From the NCBI GenBank assembly GCA_964016885.1, contig OZ024745.1, forward strand, positions 109,244,001 through 109,308,000: 64,000 nucleotides of DNA, written 5' to 3'. This DNA is from Eledone cirrhosa. Its lineage: Eukaryota. The first letter of the stretch is position 1; each line of letters starts with the position of its first letter. The position numbers were made by a program, and so were the translations under genes. Shown here piece after piece: positions 39,323 to 52,841 of this stretch. The notes beneath the pieces are model-generated. The model was not told the origin of the DNA and did not search any database. It saw only the letters and a list, made by a program, of their open reading frames with translations.

Positions 39323-40522
39323 TGAGGGTAGAAGGGCGTTGGCTTCTATTCAGAGTCAATATTTTGATGATTTTCACCAACTTCAAATTTTACGTAAATA
39401 AAGTTTGGATTTTTGTCCATTTCTCAGACATAAAATAATGGGGTCAGCTTATATTCGTATCGGCTTATATTTGAGTATATAGAGCACAGTAATTCTCAGA
39501 GAGAGAGAGTGATCATGACACAATGTCTGCCAAAGCTGAGATTTTGAATTTGGGGTGTAACTCATTTTTTTTCTAGTTGAGTGGACTCATGCAATATGAA
39601 AAGAGGTAACTTGCTCAAGGACAGAACACAGCCAACCAACCTAACCACTAAAACATGCACCTTCAAAGCGAGATAGGAACACACGGGCATACATACATGT
39701 ATATATGCTTCTCAAAATTCACCAACACTACATCTGATAATCCCCCTCCATATGCATATGTGTGTGTCTGTGTGTATATCATGACTGTTCACTTTCCTGG
39801 CATTTGTACATTATTCTTATGTACTATACATGCACCTTTGATGAGTTGTAGTGCACCTGAGCACTGTACACAATACTTTTCATTATTATAGGTGTATGCA
39901 AAGAGTTACGGCCCTTTATGGTCTGAGTTCAAATCCCGCCAAGGTTAACTTTGCCTTTCATCCTTACGGGGTCGATAAAATAAAGTACCAGTAATACACT
40001 GGGATAATTGCTGGCCTTGTGCCAAAAGTAGAAACAATTATTATAGGTGTATGTGTATGATGGATTGTCATACAGTTTCCATTTACCAAATTCGCTGACA
40101 AAACATTGTTCAGTCTAAAGCTATAGTTGAAACACTTGCTCAAGGTATTCTACAGCGGGATAGAAACTGAGAACACATTCTTGCCTGCACATACATATAC
40201 ATATACATGTATGAATCTTTATGTATGCATGTTTCCATGTATGTATGTATGCATACATGCATATCTCTATGTATATATATATATATATATATGTGCAGGC
40301 AAGACTCTGGTTAAAAAGTACAATTTAGGTGAATTTAATATTGGCATAAATATATACATATATATGTATCTCCCACCCCCCACTCCACTCTCTCTCTCTA
40401 TATATATATATATAACCATCTTTTGATCTTATATATTATGTATACTCCAGTCCTACAAACTGTAGAGTGCTTCTTATCCGATATCTGCATTGCTTTATTG
40501 TACTAAAATAAAACTCACCTCC

Positions 40523-40634
<112 letters not shown>

Positions 40635-40905
40635 TCATGACACAATGTCTGCCAAAACTGAGATTTTGAATTTGGGGTGTAACACATTTTTTTTCTAGTT
40701 GAGTGGACTCATGCAATCTCCCCCCACACCACTCTCTCTCTCTATATATATATACATATATATATAGAGAGAGAGAATTACTGTATTCTATATACTCAAA
40801 TATAAGCCAATATGAATGCCTGTGTGTTCCTATCTCGCTTTGAAGGTGCATGTTTTAGTGGTTAGGTTGGTTGGCTGTGTGTTCTGTCCTTGAGCAAGTT
40901 ACCTC

Positions 40906-43004
40906 TGTAGCGGTTGTCTCCCTTGTTTTGATTAGGATCTAGACGGGAAGTGGAACCCCTTCTGCAACTTCCGGTCAGAGCCCTATAAAACTAACAACTT
41001 TAAGCTTCCTTTCTCTCTTTGCCTTTTCGGCACCAGGTCAAGAGTCTTCTCATTTGGCTCTGCCATTAATTTGGCCAACAGGTGCCTGGCCTTAGCCAGG
41101 CGTCCTCTGCCAGCCGCGTTTGCCTGGCAATCAAAACGGTAACTACTAACTTTGTTTCATTCTAACATCTATCTTTGACATGTCAAGTATTCTATCTACC
41201 GTTAATTAAATATTATATACACAAACAATGTCTCGTTTTGTTACATTCACACACCCAGTATTTTCGCTATATTGGTAACCCTGACGTGATACGAACACGC
41301 AGCCGTTCATCGCTATAAGGGTCACCCCCCCAAAAAAAAAGAAAAAAATAGCACATCTGGTTTTGTGAGTAACATTACGAATACACAGCAAATTTAGCGA
41401 CAAACTATGAAAATACTCAAGGACACGCACACACGCACATGTGGAATTCGCACAGACATACTTTTTCTCTCACGCATCAATTAACTGTCGCATTTCACCA
41501 ATATATATATATATGTTTCTCGTTTCTTACAACGAACACTTTCAAAACAAAAAAAACATTTCACGATATATATATATGTTTCTCGTTTCTTACAACGAAC
41601 TCTTTCAAAACACACAAAAAAAAAAAAAAATTTGATATTCTTTAAAAAACATTTCAACAGGAACATTTATTTTCGATGAACCATTGCCTTTTGTTCTTCG
41701 TTTTCTTCATCGTTCAAGTTTTTTGTTTTTTTCCAAAGTTCACACCTATAATTATGCTGATTGAAGCCTTTCTTTTTCATCATTGTCACTTTCAAAATTG
41801 CACTATCATTTTCTCGCGCGTTAGAAATATGTTTTTTTCAACCTTGTATTGGCACGTGTAGGCAGCATAAATTCTCGATTCACTGAGATGTCTCTACTCA
41901 CAGACAGCCGCACGCCATTTATCACCAGGGATTCTTCAGCCTTAAGCTATATTCTTCTATTTGCCGGTTTATAAATTTACAATGTAAATTTACCGTTGAT
42001 AACCGCGCATTTATTAAGAATGCTTATTTCTCTGGTCGCTGGCCTCTTGACCCTTCCAGGTCAACGCATTCTCAACATCGACCATCAACTTCGGCTGCTA
42101 TTTCTAGCACTTTGCGCAACTCATTTTTTTCTAAAAAAAAATTTTTTTACTGTGAATTTAAACACCGAATACGCTCACTCAGCGAGACAACAGCAGCAGC
42201 AACAGCAATATAACAGCAACAGCAATACATCAACACAGCTTCACCAAAGCCAGAGAATTTATTTTTGCAGCACTCTTCCTGTGAGAAAATCCATTCGGAG
42301 GTTGGAAATTTCACGATATACCACAGAACAGAAACCACCTGCATTCATTCTCTGGAACACACTTTCTTTCCTGCTGTCATGTGATTGCACACCTGTGAAC
42401 TATATTTTGAACTTTGAGCTCTTCTATTACTTTTACTTTATTACATTGTATCTTTGGGTGATGGATAGATGGATGTCCAGTCGTTCTCTGGCCAAGAGCG
42501 GTTGGCTACCTTGATATCTATCATTGATTTTTCCAAACATTCTTTTGTCGTAATTTTCATGCCTGTTACAACATTCTCGCCAACTTGCTACATATTTTCA
42601 TTTCGATTTTTATACACTAAAATTCTGGCGGGAGGTTATGTAGCGGTTGTCTCCCTTGTTTTGATTAGGATCTAGACGGGAAGTGGAACCCTTTCTGCAA
42701 CTTCCGGTCAGAGCCCTATAAAACTAACAACTTTAAGCTTCCTTTCTCTCTTTGCCTTTTCGGCACCAGGTCAAGAGTCTTCTCATTTGGCTCTGCCATT
42801 AATTTGGCCAACAGGCGCCTGGCCTTAGCCAGGCGCCCTCTGCCAGCCGCGTTTGCCTGGCAATCAAAACGGTAACTACTAACTTTGTTTCATTCTAACA
42901 TCTATCTTTGACATGTCAAGTATTCTATCTACCGTTAATTAAATATTATATACACAAACATTGTCTCGTTTTGTTACATTCATACAACCAGTAAGCTCGC
43001 TATA
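40906..43004 (+). mobile_element. Non-autonomous LTR retrotransposon (Gypsy-like): 366-bp LTRs, tRNA-Trp PBS, PPT, CCTC target duplication
   Basis: LTRs 40906-41271 and 42639-43004 (about 9 differences), termini TGTAGCG...CGCTATA, PBS TGGTAACCCTGACGTGAT (41273-41290), purine tract GGCGGGAGG before the 3' LTR, CCTC on both sides, no intact internal ORF. Confidence 0.92.
41273..41290 (+). promoter_or_regulatory. Primer-binding site complementary to the tRNA-Trp 3' end
   Basis: 16/18 match to TGGTGACCCCGACGTGAT, 1 nt after the 5' LTR. Confidence 0.85.
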
Positions 43005-43564
43005 CCTCTTTTCATATTGCATGAGTCCACTCAACTAGAAAAAAATGAGTTACACCCCAAATTCAAAATCTCAGCTTTGGCAGACATTGTGTCATGATCA
43101 CTCTATATACTCAAATATAAGCTGACCCCATTATTTTATGTCTGAGAAATGGACAAAAATCTAAACTTTATTTACGTAAAAATTGAATTTGGTGAAAATC
43201 ATCAAAATATTGACTCCGAATAGAAGCCAACCCCCCTTCTACCCTCAATGTTTTAGTTACATTTTCCTAGGCTTATATTCAAGTATATACAGTAGGTTAA
43301 GCATACACATGTTCATGGAATGGTCTGTTACTTGCATGTTAATTTCACAAGCAGGTTGCCAAATTGATTAAACAACTGGAACACACATTGTCCGAAATTG
43401 AGAGAGGTTCACCCTAACCCCAAACACTCTAACACACACATCTGTTCTGTCATTAAAGCAGATAGAAAAATGTGTATTACTTTTCTCAGTTTGTATTCTT
43501 TCCTTTTTCTCAAATCAATACATTTTTAAACTACTATATCTATAATATTTAAGTAAAAGAAATA

Positions 43565-44517
43565 CTTGTTTCTACTTTAGGCACAAGGCCAGCAATTACC
43601 CAGTGCATTACTGGTACTTTATTTTATCGACCCCGTAAGGATGAAAGGCAAAGTCAACCTCGGCGGGATTTGAACTCAGATCGTAAAGGGACGTAGCTAT
43701 GCTTGAAAGCATGGCGTCCGACCCTCTACCGATACTGCCAATCCACTGGCCTTAAGTAAAAGAAATACTATGAATTAGTTTAGCCCAATATTGCTGCAGT
43801 GAATTATGGTATGTTTATTTTCAAAATTAGTATCAATTTAATTACTTTTCATGAGTCCAATGAAATTTGAAAGAAATCAAAATTACAATGATTTTACCTG
43901 TGTAACATTACCTGATATTACTGTGGCAAAAGTATACTATCCTGGAATCACCTGTCATATGACAGGTGATGCACAATATAAAAAGTAATAATCACATATA
44001 ATCAATTAAATTTTTTTTACCCGAATGGAACCTAAGAACAACTTCTAATTTTATACAGCTTTGGGCCTCAGCTGGTGAAAGCCCAGCTCTGGTACTGGGA
44101 ACATTTACACAGGTAAAACAATTATTTTACGGGCAGTGGATTGGCAGTATCGTTAGAGGGTCGGACGCCATGCTTTTCAGCATGGAGTTACGGGCCTTTA
44201 CGATATGAGTTCAAATCCCGCTGAGGTTAACTTTGCCTTTCATCCTTACGGGGGTCGATAAAATGAAGTACCAGTAATACACTGGGGTAATTGCTCTGTC
44301 TTGTGCCAAAAGTAGAAACAATTATTACCCTTGGATTGACAGTATTGGTAGAGGGTCGGACGCCATGCTTTGATGCATAGAGTTACGGCCCTTGCCATTC
44401 TGAGTTCAAATCCCGCCGAGGTTAACTTTGCCTTTCATCCTTATGGGGTCGATAAAATAAAGTACCAGTAATGCACTGGGTTATTGCTAGCCTTGTGCCA
44501 AAAGTAGAAACAATTAT
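43565..44517. mobile_element. Three SINE-A copies (43565-43747 minus; 44131-44327 plus; 44332-44517 plus)
   Basis: Family identity. Other single copies lie at about 23047-23200, 23758-23935, 39895-40043, 58348-58531 and 60934-61112. Confidence 0.88.
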
Positions 44518-45610
44518 TTTAACCCTGCACCAAATGGAACAAAACCGTCTAACCCATTCTAGCGTGGAAGATGGATGTTAAACGATGATGATGATGATGA
44601 TATATATATATTATGCAAGCGTGGAACATGGACGTTAAACGATGATGATGATGATGATGATGATGATATACATGTGTGTGTGTGACAGGGATTGTCTATG
44701 TTTGACAGCGTTTAATAGCCAGGACTGTTTATTTATGTCCTGTAACTTAACAGTTCCACAAATAAGGATTGATAAATAAAATACTAGCCCTAAAAACAAA
44801 TGCTGTAGTCAATATAATCATTAAAAAAAACCTTGAAGCATGTTCCTAGTTCAAGCCAGTAAAAAAAACTTTGTAACAAACAGAAAAATCAAATCAAATC
44901 AAATCAAAGCAAGAAAGTTTTTACATTGTGAGAATGATAGATGTTCACAGATGTTCATTATGATAACATTAAAGTCACTAGATGTTTAAAAATAGGTCCA
45001 CTATTTTGTGAAGATAGCAATGGTTTACTTAAGTCCACCATGAAAGTTAATCCAGTAAACTATGCTATAGAGAAGAAAAAAAATCTATTGTGAACCCTAC
45101 AAAGACAGATTAAAGAAATAAAACGTTCAACATTCATTCAACATTTACTTTCTTTTATAGACTGTCTTTTATTTCAGACAGAGATCGAATTCATTATATT
45201 TTTGGTCTGAATTCAGTAAAAGAATAGAAATTCTTTTGGTTGGTAGAGAAGTTAAACTGACACATGAGTGATTTTTACAAAGAATATAGACATTAATGCA
45301 TTGTAATCACTTTTGAATACTCCTTATTCTCATATTTGTATATGTATGTTTGAGTGTATGAATCATATATATATATATATCAGCATTTTATGCTCATTTT
45401 CCATATATGTACACATACACGCACACACACATACACACACACACACATATACACACATATATATATATCAAAGCTGGATGAAATATTGCAGAAAGATTTT
45501 GGTTAATGTCCTCCCCCAACAACCATAATGGAATCTGAATTTCAATATGATACACTGATTATATTCTAAAATAAACATACATTTATGATGCACTTTCTCT
45601 CTTGCTCTCT

Positions 45611-45648
<38 letters not shown>

Positions 45649-45823
45649 AGTGTGTGTGTGTAAGTACATATACAAATATCCACTCACACACACATACATA
45701 AATTACAGATACATAATTTCATATATGTGTGTATATACCTATACACATTCATATACATATATGAATGCGTATAGGTATGTATATAGAGAGATTATTTTAT
45801 ACTTGTTTATGTTAGTGGCTATT

Positions 45824-45824
45824 T

Positions 45825-45863
<39 letters not shown>

Positions 45864-45868
45864 ATATG

Positions 45869-45916
<48 letters not shown>

Positions 45917-46142
45917 TGTATGTATATATATATGTGTGTGTATATATATGTATGTTTGTATATATATGTGTGTGTGTATATATGTGTGTGTATATATGTA
46001 TGTATATATATGTGTGTGTGTATATATGTATGTATGTATATATATGTGTGTGTGTATATATGTGTATGTATATATATGTGTGTGTATATATATGTATGTT
46101 TGTATATATATGTGTGTGTGTATATATATGTGTGTGTATATG

Positions 46143-46179
<37 letters not shown>

Positions 46180-46546
46180 ATATATATGTATGTATATATA
46201 TATATGTGTGTGTGTATATATATGTATGTATATATATATGTGTGTATATATATGTATGTTTGTATATATATGTGTGTGTGTGTATATATATATGTATGTA
46301 TGTATATATATATGTGTGTGTGTGTATATATATGTATGTATATATATATGTGTGTGTATATATGTATGTATGTATATATATATGTGTGTGTATATATGTA
46401 TGTATGTATATATATATGTGTGTGTATATATATGTATGTATATATATGTGTGTGTGTATATATATGTATGTATATATATGTGTGTGTGTATATGTATGTA
46501 TGTTTGTATATATATGTGTGTGTGTATATATATGTGTGTGTATATG

Positions 46547-46577
<31 letters not shown>

Positions 46578-46825
46578 ATATATATGTATGTTTGTATATA
46601 TATATGTGTGTGTGTATATATATGTGTGTGTATATGTATATATATATATATGTGTGTGTGTGTGTATATATATGTATGTTTGTATATATATATGTGTGTG
46701 TATATATATGTATGTATGTATATATATGTGTGTGTATATATGTATGTATGTATATATATGTTTGTGTGTGTATATATGTATGTATGTATATATATGTTTG
46801 TGTGTGTATATATGTATGTATGTGC
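45824..46825. repeat. About 1-kb (TA)/(TG)/(TATG) compound microsatellite
   Basis: Direct reading; source of the 330-390 aa artefact ORFs. Confidence 0.95.
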
Positions 46826-46977
46826 TAATGCTACATCAGATGAGTAAACCTTTAGCAATTATATACTAAAAAGGTTGAAAAATAGAACAAAGAACAGTCT
46901 TCAAATCCTTTGGTGGATATGTTGTATTTTAGTGTTGTTGAAACCCTTCTGATAACATATCTTACTGAAGTTATTCT

Positions 46978-47039
<62 letters not shown>

Positions 47040-47249
47040 GTGAGAGGGGGAGAGAGAGGAGAGAGAGAGAGATAAACATACAAGAACCATGTACAAGCAA
47101 TAAGTTATCAGGAAAATGAAGAAAAAAAAGAACGAAAGGTTATATACACACACGCACACACACACACACACATATATATATATGTCTATACATATAGTCA
47201 TGCATGTGTGTGTATGTATAATTGTCATAGGTTGTTTATATATGTGTGA

Positions 47250-47279
<30 letters not shown>

Positions 47280-47285
<6 letters not shown>

Positions 47286-47472
47286 ATTATGTAATAAACA
47301 ACATAAGGCAATTATTCCATTTACCAGTGGTTTCTTAAAAGCAAAAGGTTTTGCTTTCAATCCTAATGGAATAATTGCCTTATGTTGTTTATTACATAAT
47401 AATAATAATTAAGCTCTGTTGCCTACATAGAGCACTCTTTTTTCCTGGACTTTTCCGATGGAATTACTTCAC
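47280..47472. mobile_element. Short fold-back insert, family P6 (paralog 62377-62527), containing the 3' half of an HHR-like fold
   Basis: Arms about 47280-47321 / 47365-47406; the loop on the minus strand reads GAAA-GCAAAA(CC)UUUUGC-UU; TA-flanked. Confidence 0.6.
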
Positions 47473-47499
47473 ATATATATATATATATATATATATATA

Positions 47500-48245
47500 C
47501 AGTGACAAATTTAAAAGCTTATTACTTGATGCCTTTGACAATAAGGAAGAGCAATTAGAGACGTGCGATATAGAGGTACAGTGGCAATTCTTGAAAGTGA
47601 ACCTGCTGAAAGCAACGGATAAAATCTGTCACTGGAGCAGACTATTGCCCAGATGATTTTATAGAAATAGTAGACACTTTCCGTGACCTGGGTGACAAAA
47701 TCAGCAGTGGTGGAGGGTGCTCTGAAAGTACAGTTGCCAGAGTCAGAACGGGATGGAAAAAGTTCAGAGAGCTTATACCGCTGTTGGCCACAAAAGTTTT
47801 CTCTCTAAAAATGAAAGGCAGATTATATGATGCCTGTATGTGAACAGCAATGCTACATGGCAGTGAGACATGAGCATTACGTGCAGAGGACCTGCACAGA
47901 CTGGAAAGGAATGAACCATGCATGCTGCATTGGATGTGTAATAGTAATATATGCGAACGGCAAAGCATAAATGAACTAAGTGAAAAATTAGGAATAAGAG
48001 GGATCAGATGCTGTTTACTTGAGAAAAGACTACGTTGGTATGGCCACGTGATGCGCATGAAAGACAACAGCTGTATAAAAAAGTGCAGGGCGATCAAAAT
48101 TGATGGTAGTTATTGAGTAGGTAGACCCAGAAAAACCTGGGATGATCTGATAAATTACGACCTTGCACACTTGCACCTCTCTAAGACAATGTCACTGGAC
48201 CGAGATCTTTGGCGCTACACAGTAATTCAGAAGACTCGCCTTGCC
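47500..48245 (+). pseudogene. RTE-clade LINE remnant, internally deleted, with in-frame stops
   Basis: IEIVDTFRDLGDKISSGGG...RVRTGWKKFREL...KGRLYDACM*TAMLHGSET*...RLRWYGHVMR...GRPRKTW; fused at about 47650 to a post-endonuclease linker (QWQFLKVNLLKATDKIC). Confidence 0.88.
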
Positions 48246-48684
48246 TATGTACAAAGCGAAACCTACAGGCAGTAGGCACTTCTTAATCAAATATACACCC
48301 CAATCCACTACCCTTACCCTATCCTCCCACTCCCACCAACACCACCCTCTCTCTGTAAAGTTAGTACCACAACATCCGGTCCAAATAAATGAGATAATTA
48401 GATCAAGATCATGTAGATATCACGAGAAAAAACACACAGTCCATGCTGTAATGTGGGCGTGTAGGTAACACGGTAAAAAGTTCCCAGTTCCACACTGTAA
48501 ATGTGGTTGGTATTAGGAAGGGCATCCAGCCATAGAAAACCTGCCAGATAGTCCTATATGAGCGAGACACGGTCACCCGACCAACCTTGCCTCAAGTGGG
48601 ACAACTCCCATCTAACCCATGCTAGCGTGGAAGATGAACTTTAAATGATGATGATACACTTACATAATCTTTTATTCTTTTACT

Positions 48685-48751
<67 letters not shown>

Positions 48752-48988
48752 GGGGAGATATAGACACAGAAAGAAAAGGAGGGGGAGAGAGAGGGAGTGG
48801 GACAGAGAGAAGTAGAGAGACTGGGGGAGACTGATGTCAAGTAGTGGAAAATTAAATAAAATAAATGTTTTCAATAGAAAAAATAAAGATTTAGTTGAGG
48901 TCAGTTCTCCTTACTTAACAGCAATTTGATCCATAAGAAATAGCAGCTAAATTTCCCTCAAAATAGACACAAAAGACACATCTGAGTA

Positions 48989-49149
48989 ATATATATTTTG
49001 GTGACAGCCATCATTGGCAGTGACCCCTCCAGGTAGTCCGAATTGGTGTGGGAAAGACAGATACACATGTTGTTGAAGTGTGTTTTACTCCGTCAATACA
49101 TCAATATGTCCAGCTCCTGGTTGTGTTGTTATTCCTCTGAGGAACTGGA

Positions 49150-49150
<1 letters not shown>
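48989..49150 (-). mobile_element. Old, degenerate family P4 fragment with a dead HHR core
   Basis: Aligns by eye to 18633-18790; core reads CUGGAGG...AAAA. Confidence 0.7.
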
Positions 49151-50100
<950 letters not shown>

Positions 50101-51156
50101 AGTGAAAACACACTGTGTACCTTCATATCTTTATCTTCTTAGCTTATATTTCTGAATGTCATTAAAATATCTTTATAGTTTTTAGAATACAATTATTTGA
50201 ACATGAGATATCTTCATGTGATCTTTATAATGGTAGTGAGCTCACTAACTACCGTAAACAATATCTTTACGACACAAGCATACATAGTAAACTGCAATAA
50301 ATGCAATATATTTGTAGCTCAATAAAAATTTCATGCCTGTAGTATGGCTGAATTTGGAACTGGTAGAGTGTTCATTTCTAGCCTTACTGTTATGTGGTTC
50401 AAATACCACATAAATCATATCAGCTTTTGCATACATATATGTTCAGATTGACAAAGTAAATACCAGCTGTAAATTGGTGGTTTAGTGGTACTAGCTAAAC
50501 TAGGATACATGCGAATTTCATAAGTCTGGATAAGTAAATATGCCATGAGAGGGAAAATTAATGCGATGCTTTGCGATAGTAATATTTTTTTGTTTGTTTT
50601 GTTTAATAGTTCTGTAGTGACCTACATTCCGCGGGCTCACATACATTCTCTGTGCGTGATTTGACTCAGCTCAGCCAATCAGCGCCAGTAGAAGAGGATG
50701 TATCCCTACGCGTTCTGAGGGAGAAATAGCCCGCAAAGATTTGAGGACGTTATAACTCGCAGCTTCGACCGTGCTAAGATAAACAACCATTTTTCTTGCG
50801 CCGTGAAATCACTAGCCAATATGTAACACAACAATTTAACCACGGCCGGGCAATGCTTCTCTTAGCCTGTAGCCCGTGTCTTTCTGGAATCTTAATTCGT
50901 TTGTTTAATTTCTCTTGGCATGCCAGCTCAACCTCTGTTAATAAATAATGTAAAACCAAGCTAAAAGTCGTTGTCGATATTCCTATTATATCTTTCTACC
51001 AAACCTGGTTCCTCGTGGCAACATTACAACTTCTGAAATATACTTCTCCGCTAAATTGGAATTTACATCTTCAACCAAATTGGTGACTCATATTCAACAA
51101 AGAGAAACACATATTTCCTTTAGTTCTGGTGAAAATGGTAGTGCCACTGGCCTTTA

Positions 51157-51194
<38 letters not shown>

Positions 51195-51399
51195 AAGACT
51201 GGAGAGATTGATATCATTGGTGTTCCACTTGGAGGTCTAATCCTTTGGAAATACATGAGCAGGTAGGCTGTTTCAGAGGTTTGACATTCTGGGCAGGAAT
51301 GACTGAGCTTATTGGTTAGTGAAGAACCTGTAGATGGTGGGATGAGTGTGAACACAACATGGATAATAAGAAGCAGAGAGATGAGTGAGCTGGCTAAAC

Positions 51400-52841
51400 T
51401 TGAATGAAGGTGGCATGAAACAAGTGAGCTGGGAATACGTGAGTGAAGGTGGCAGAGGAACAAGGGAGGTGAGAATACCTGAGTGAAGGTGGCAGAGGGA
51501 CAAGAGATGTGGGAATACTTGAGTGAAGGTGGCAGAGGGACAGTTTTGGGAATATCTGAGGAAGGTGGCAGAGGGACAGGAGAGTTGGGAATACTTGAGT
51601 GAAGGTGGCAGAGGGACAGGAGAGTTGGGAATACTTGAGTGAAGGTGGCAGAGGGACAGGAGAGTTGGGAATATCTGAGTGAAGGTGGCAGAGGGACAAG
51701 GGAGGTGAGAATACCTGAGTGAAGGTGGCAGAGGGACAAGAGATGTGGGAATACTTGAGTGAAGGTGGCAGAGGGACAGTTTTGGGAATATCTGAGGAAG
51801 GTGGCAGAGGGACAGGAGAGTTGGGAATACTTGAGTGAAGGTGGCAGAGGGACAGGAGAGTTGGGAATACTTGAGTGAAGGTGGCAGAGGGACAGGAGAG
51901 TTGGGAATATCTGAGTGAAGGTGGCAGAGGGACAAGGGAGGTGAGAATACCTGAGTGAAGTTGACAGAGGGACAAGAGAGGTGAGAGTACCTGAGTGAAG
52001 GTGGCAGAGGGACAAGAGAGGTGGGAATACCTGAGTGAATGTGGCAGAGGGACAGAAGAGATGGGAATACTTGAGTGAAGGTGGCAGAGGAACGAGGGAG
52101 GTGGGAATACCTGAGTGAAGGTGGCAGAGGGACAAGAGAGGTGGGAATATCTGAGTGAAGGTGGCAGAGGGACAAGGGAGGTGAGAATACCTGAGTGAAG
52201 TTGACAGAGGGACAAGAGAGGTGAGAGTACCTGAGTGAAGGTGGCAGAGGGACAAGAGAGGTGGGAATACCTGAGTGAATGTGGCAGAGGGACAGAAGAG
52301 ATGGGAATACTTGAGTGAAGGTGGCAGAGGGACAAGGGAGGTGGGAATACCTGAGTGAATGTGGCAGAGGGACAGAAGAGATGGGAATACTTGAGTGAAG
52401 GTGGTAGAGGGACAAGGAGGTGAGAATACCTGAGTGAAGGTGGTAGAGAGACAAGAGAGGTGGGAATACCTGAGTGAAGGTGGCAGAGGGACAGAAGAGA
52501 TGGGAATACTTGAGTGAAGGTGGCAGAGGGACAGGAGAGGTGGGAATTCTTGAGTAAAGGTGGCAGAGGGACAGAAGAGATGGGAATACTTGAGTGAAGG
52601 TGGTAGAGAGACAAGAGCGGTGGGAATACCTGAGTGAAGGTGGCAGAGGGACAGAAGAGATGGGAATACTTGAGTGAAGGTGGCAGAGGGACAGGAGAGG
52701 TGGGAATTCTTGAGTAAAGGTGGCAGAGGGACAGAAGAGATGGGAATACTTGAGTGAAGGTGGCAGAGGGACAAGAGAGGTGGGAATACTTGAGTGAAGG
52801 TGGCAGAGGGACAGGAGAGATGGGAATACTTGAGTGAAGGT
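51400..52841 (+). repeat. 40-bp purine-rich minisatellite (GTGGCAGAGGGACAAGAGAGGTGGGAATACYTGAGTGAAG), about 36 units
   Basis: Unit read directly; variant patterns recur with periods of about 237 and 240 bp. Confidence 0.97.

Noticed and set aside
41996-42514. 172-aa ORF inside the LTR element as gag
   Set aside because: No recognisable gag, protease or integrase motif; non-ATG start and includes a CAG/CAA repeat.
51400-52841. CRISPR-like regular array (also considered for the SINE-A chains)
   Set aside because: No unique spacers between constant repeats, no cas genes, eukaryotic context.
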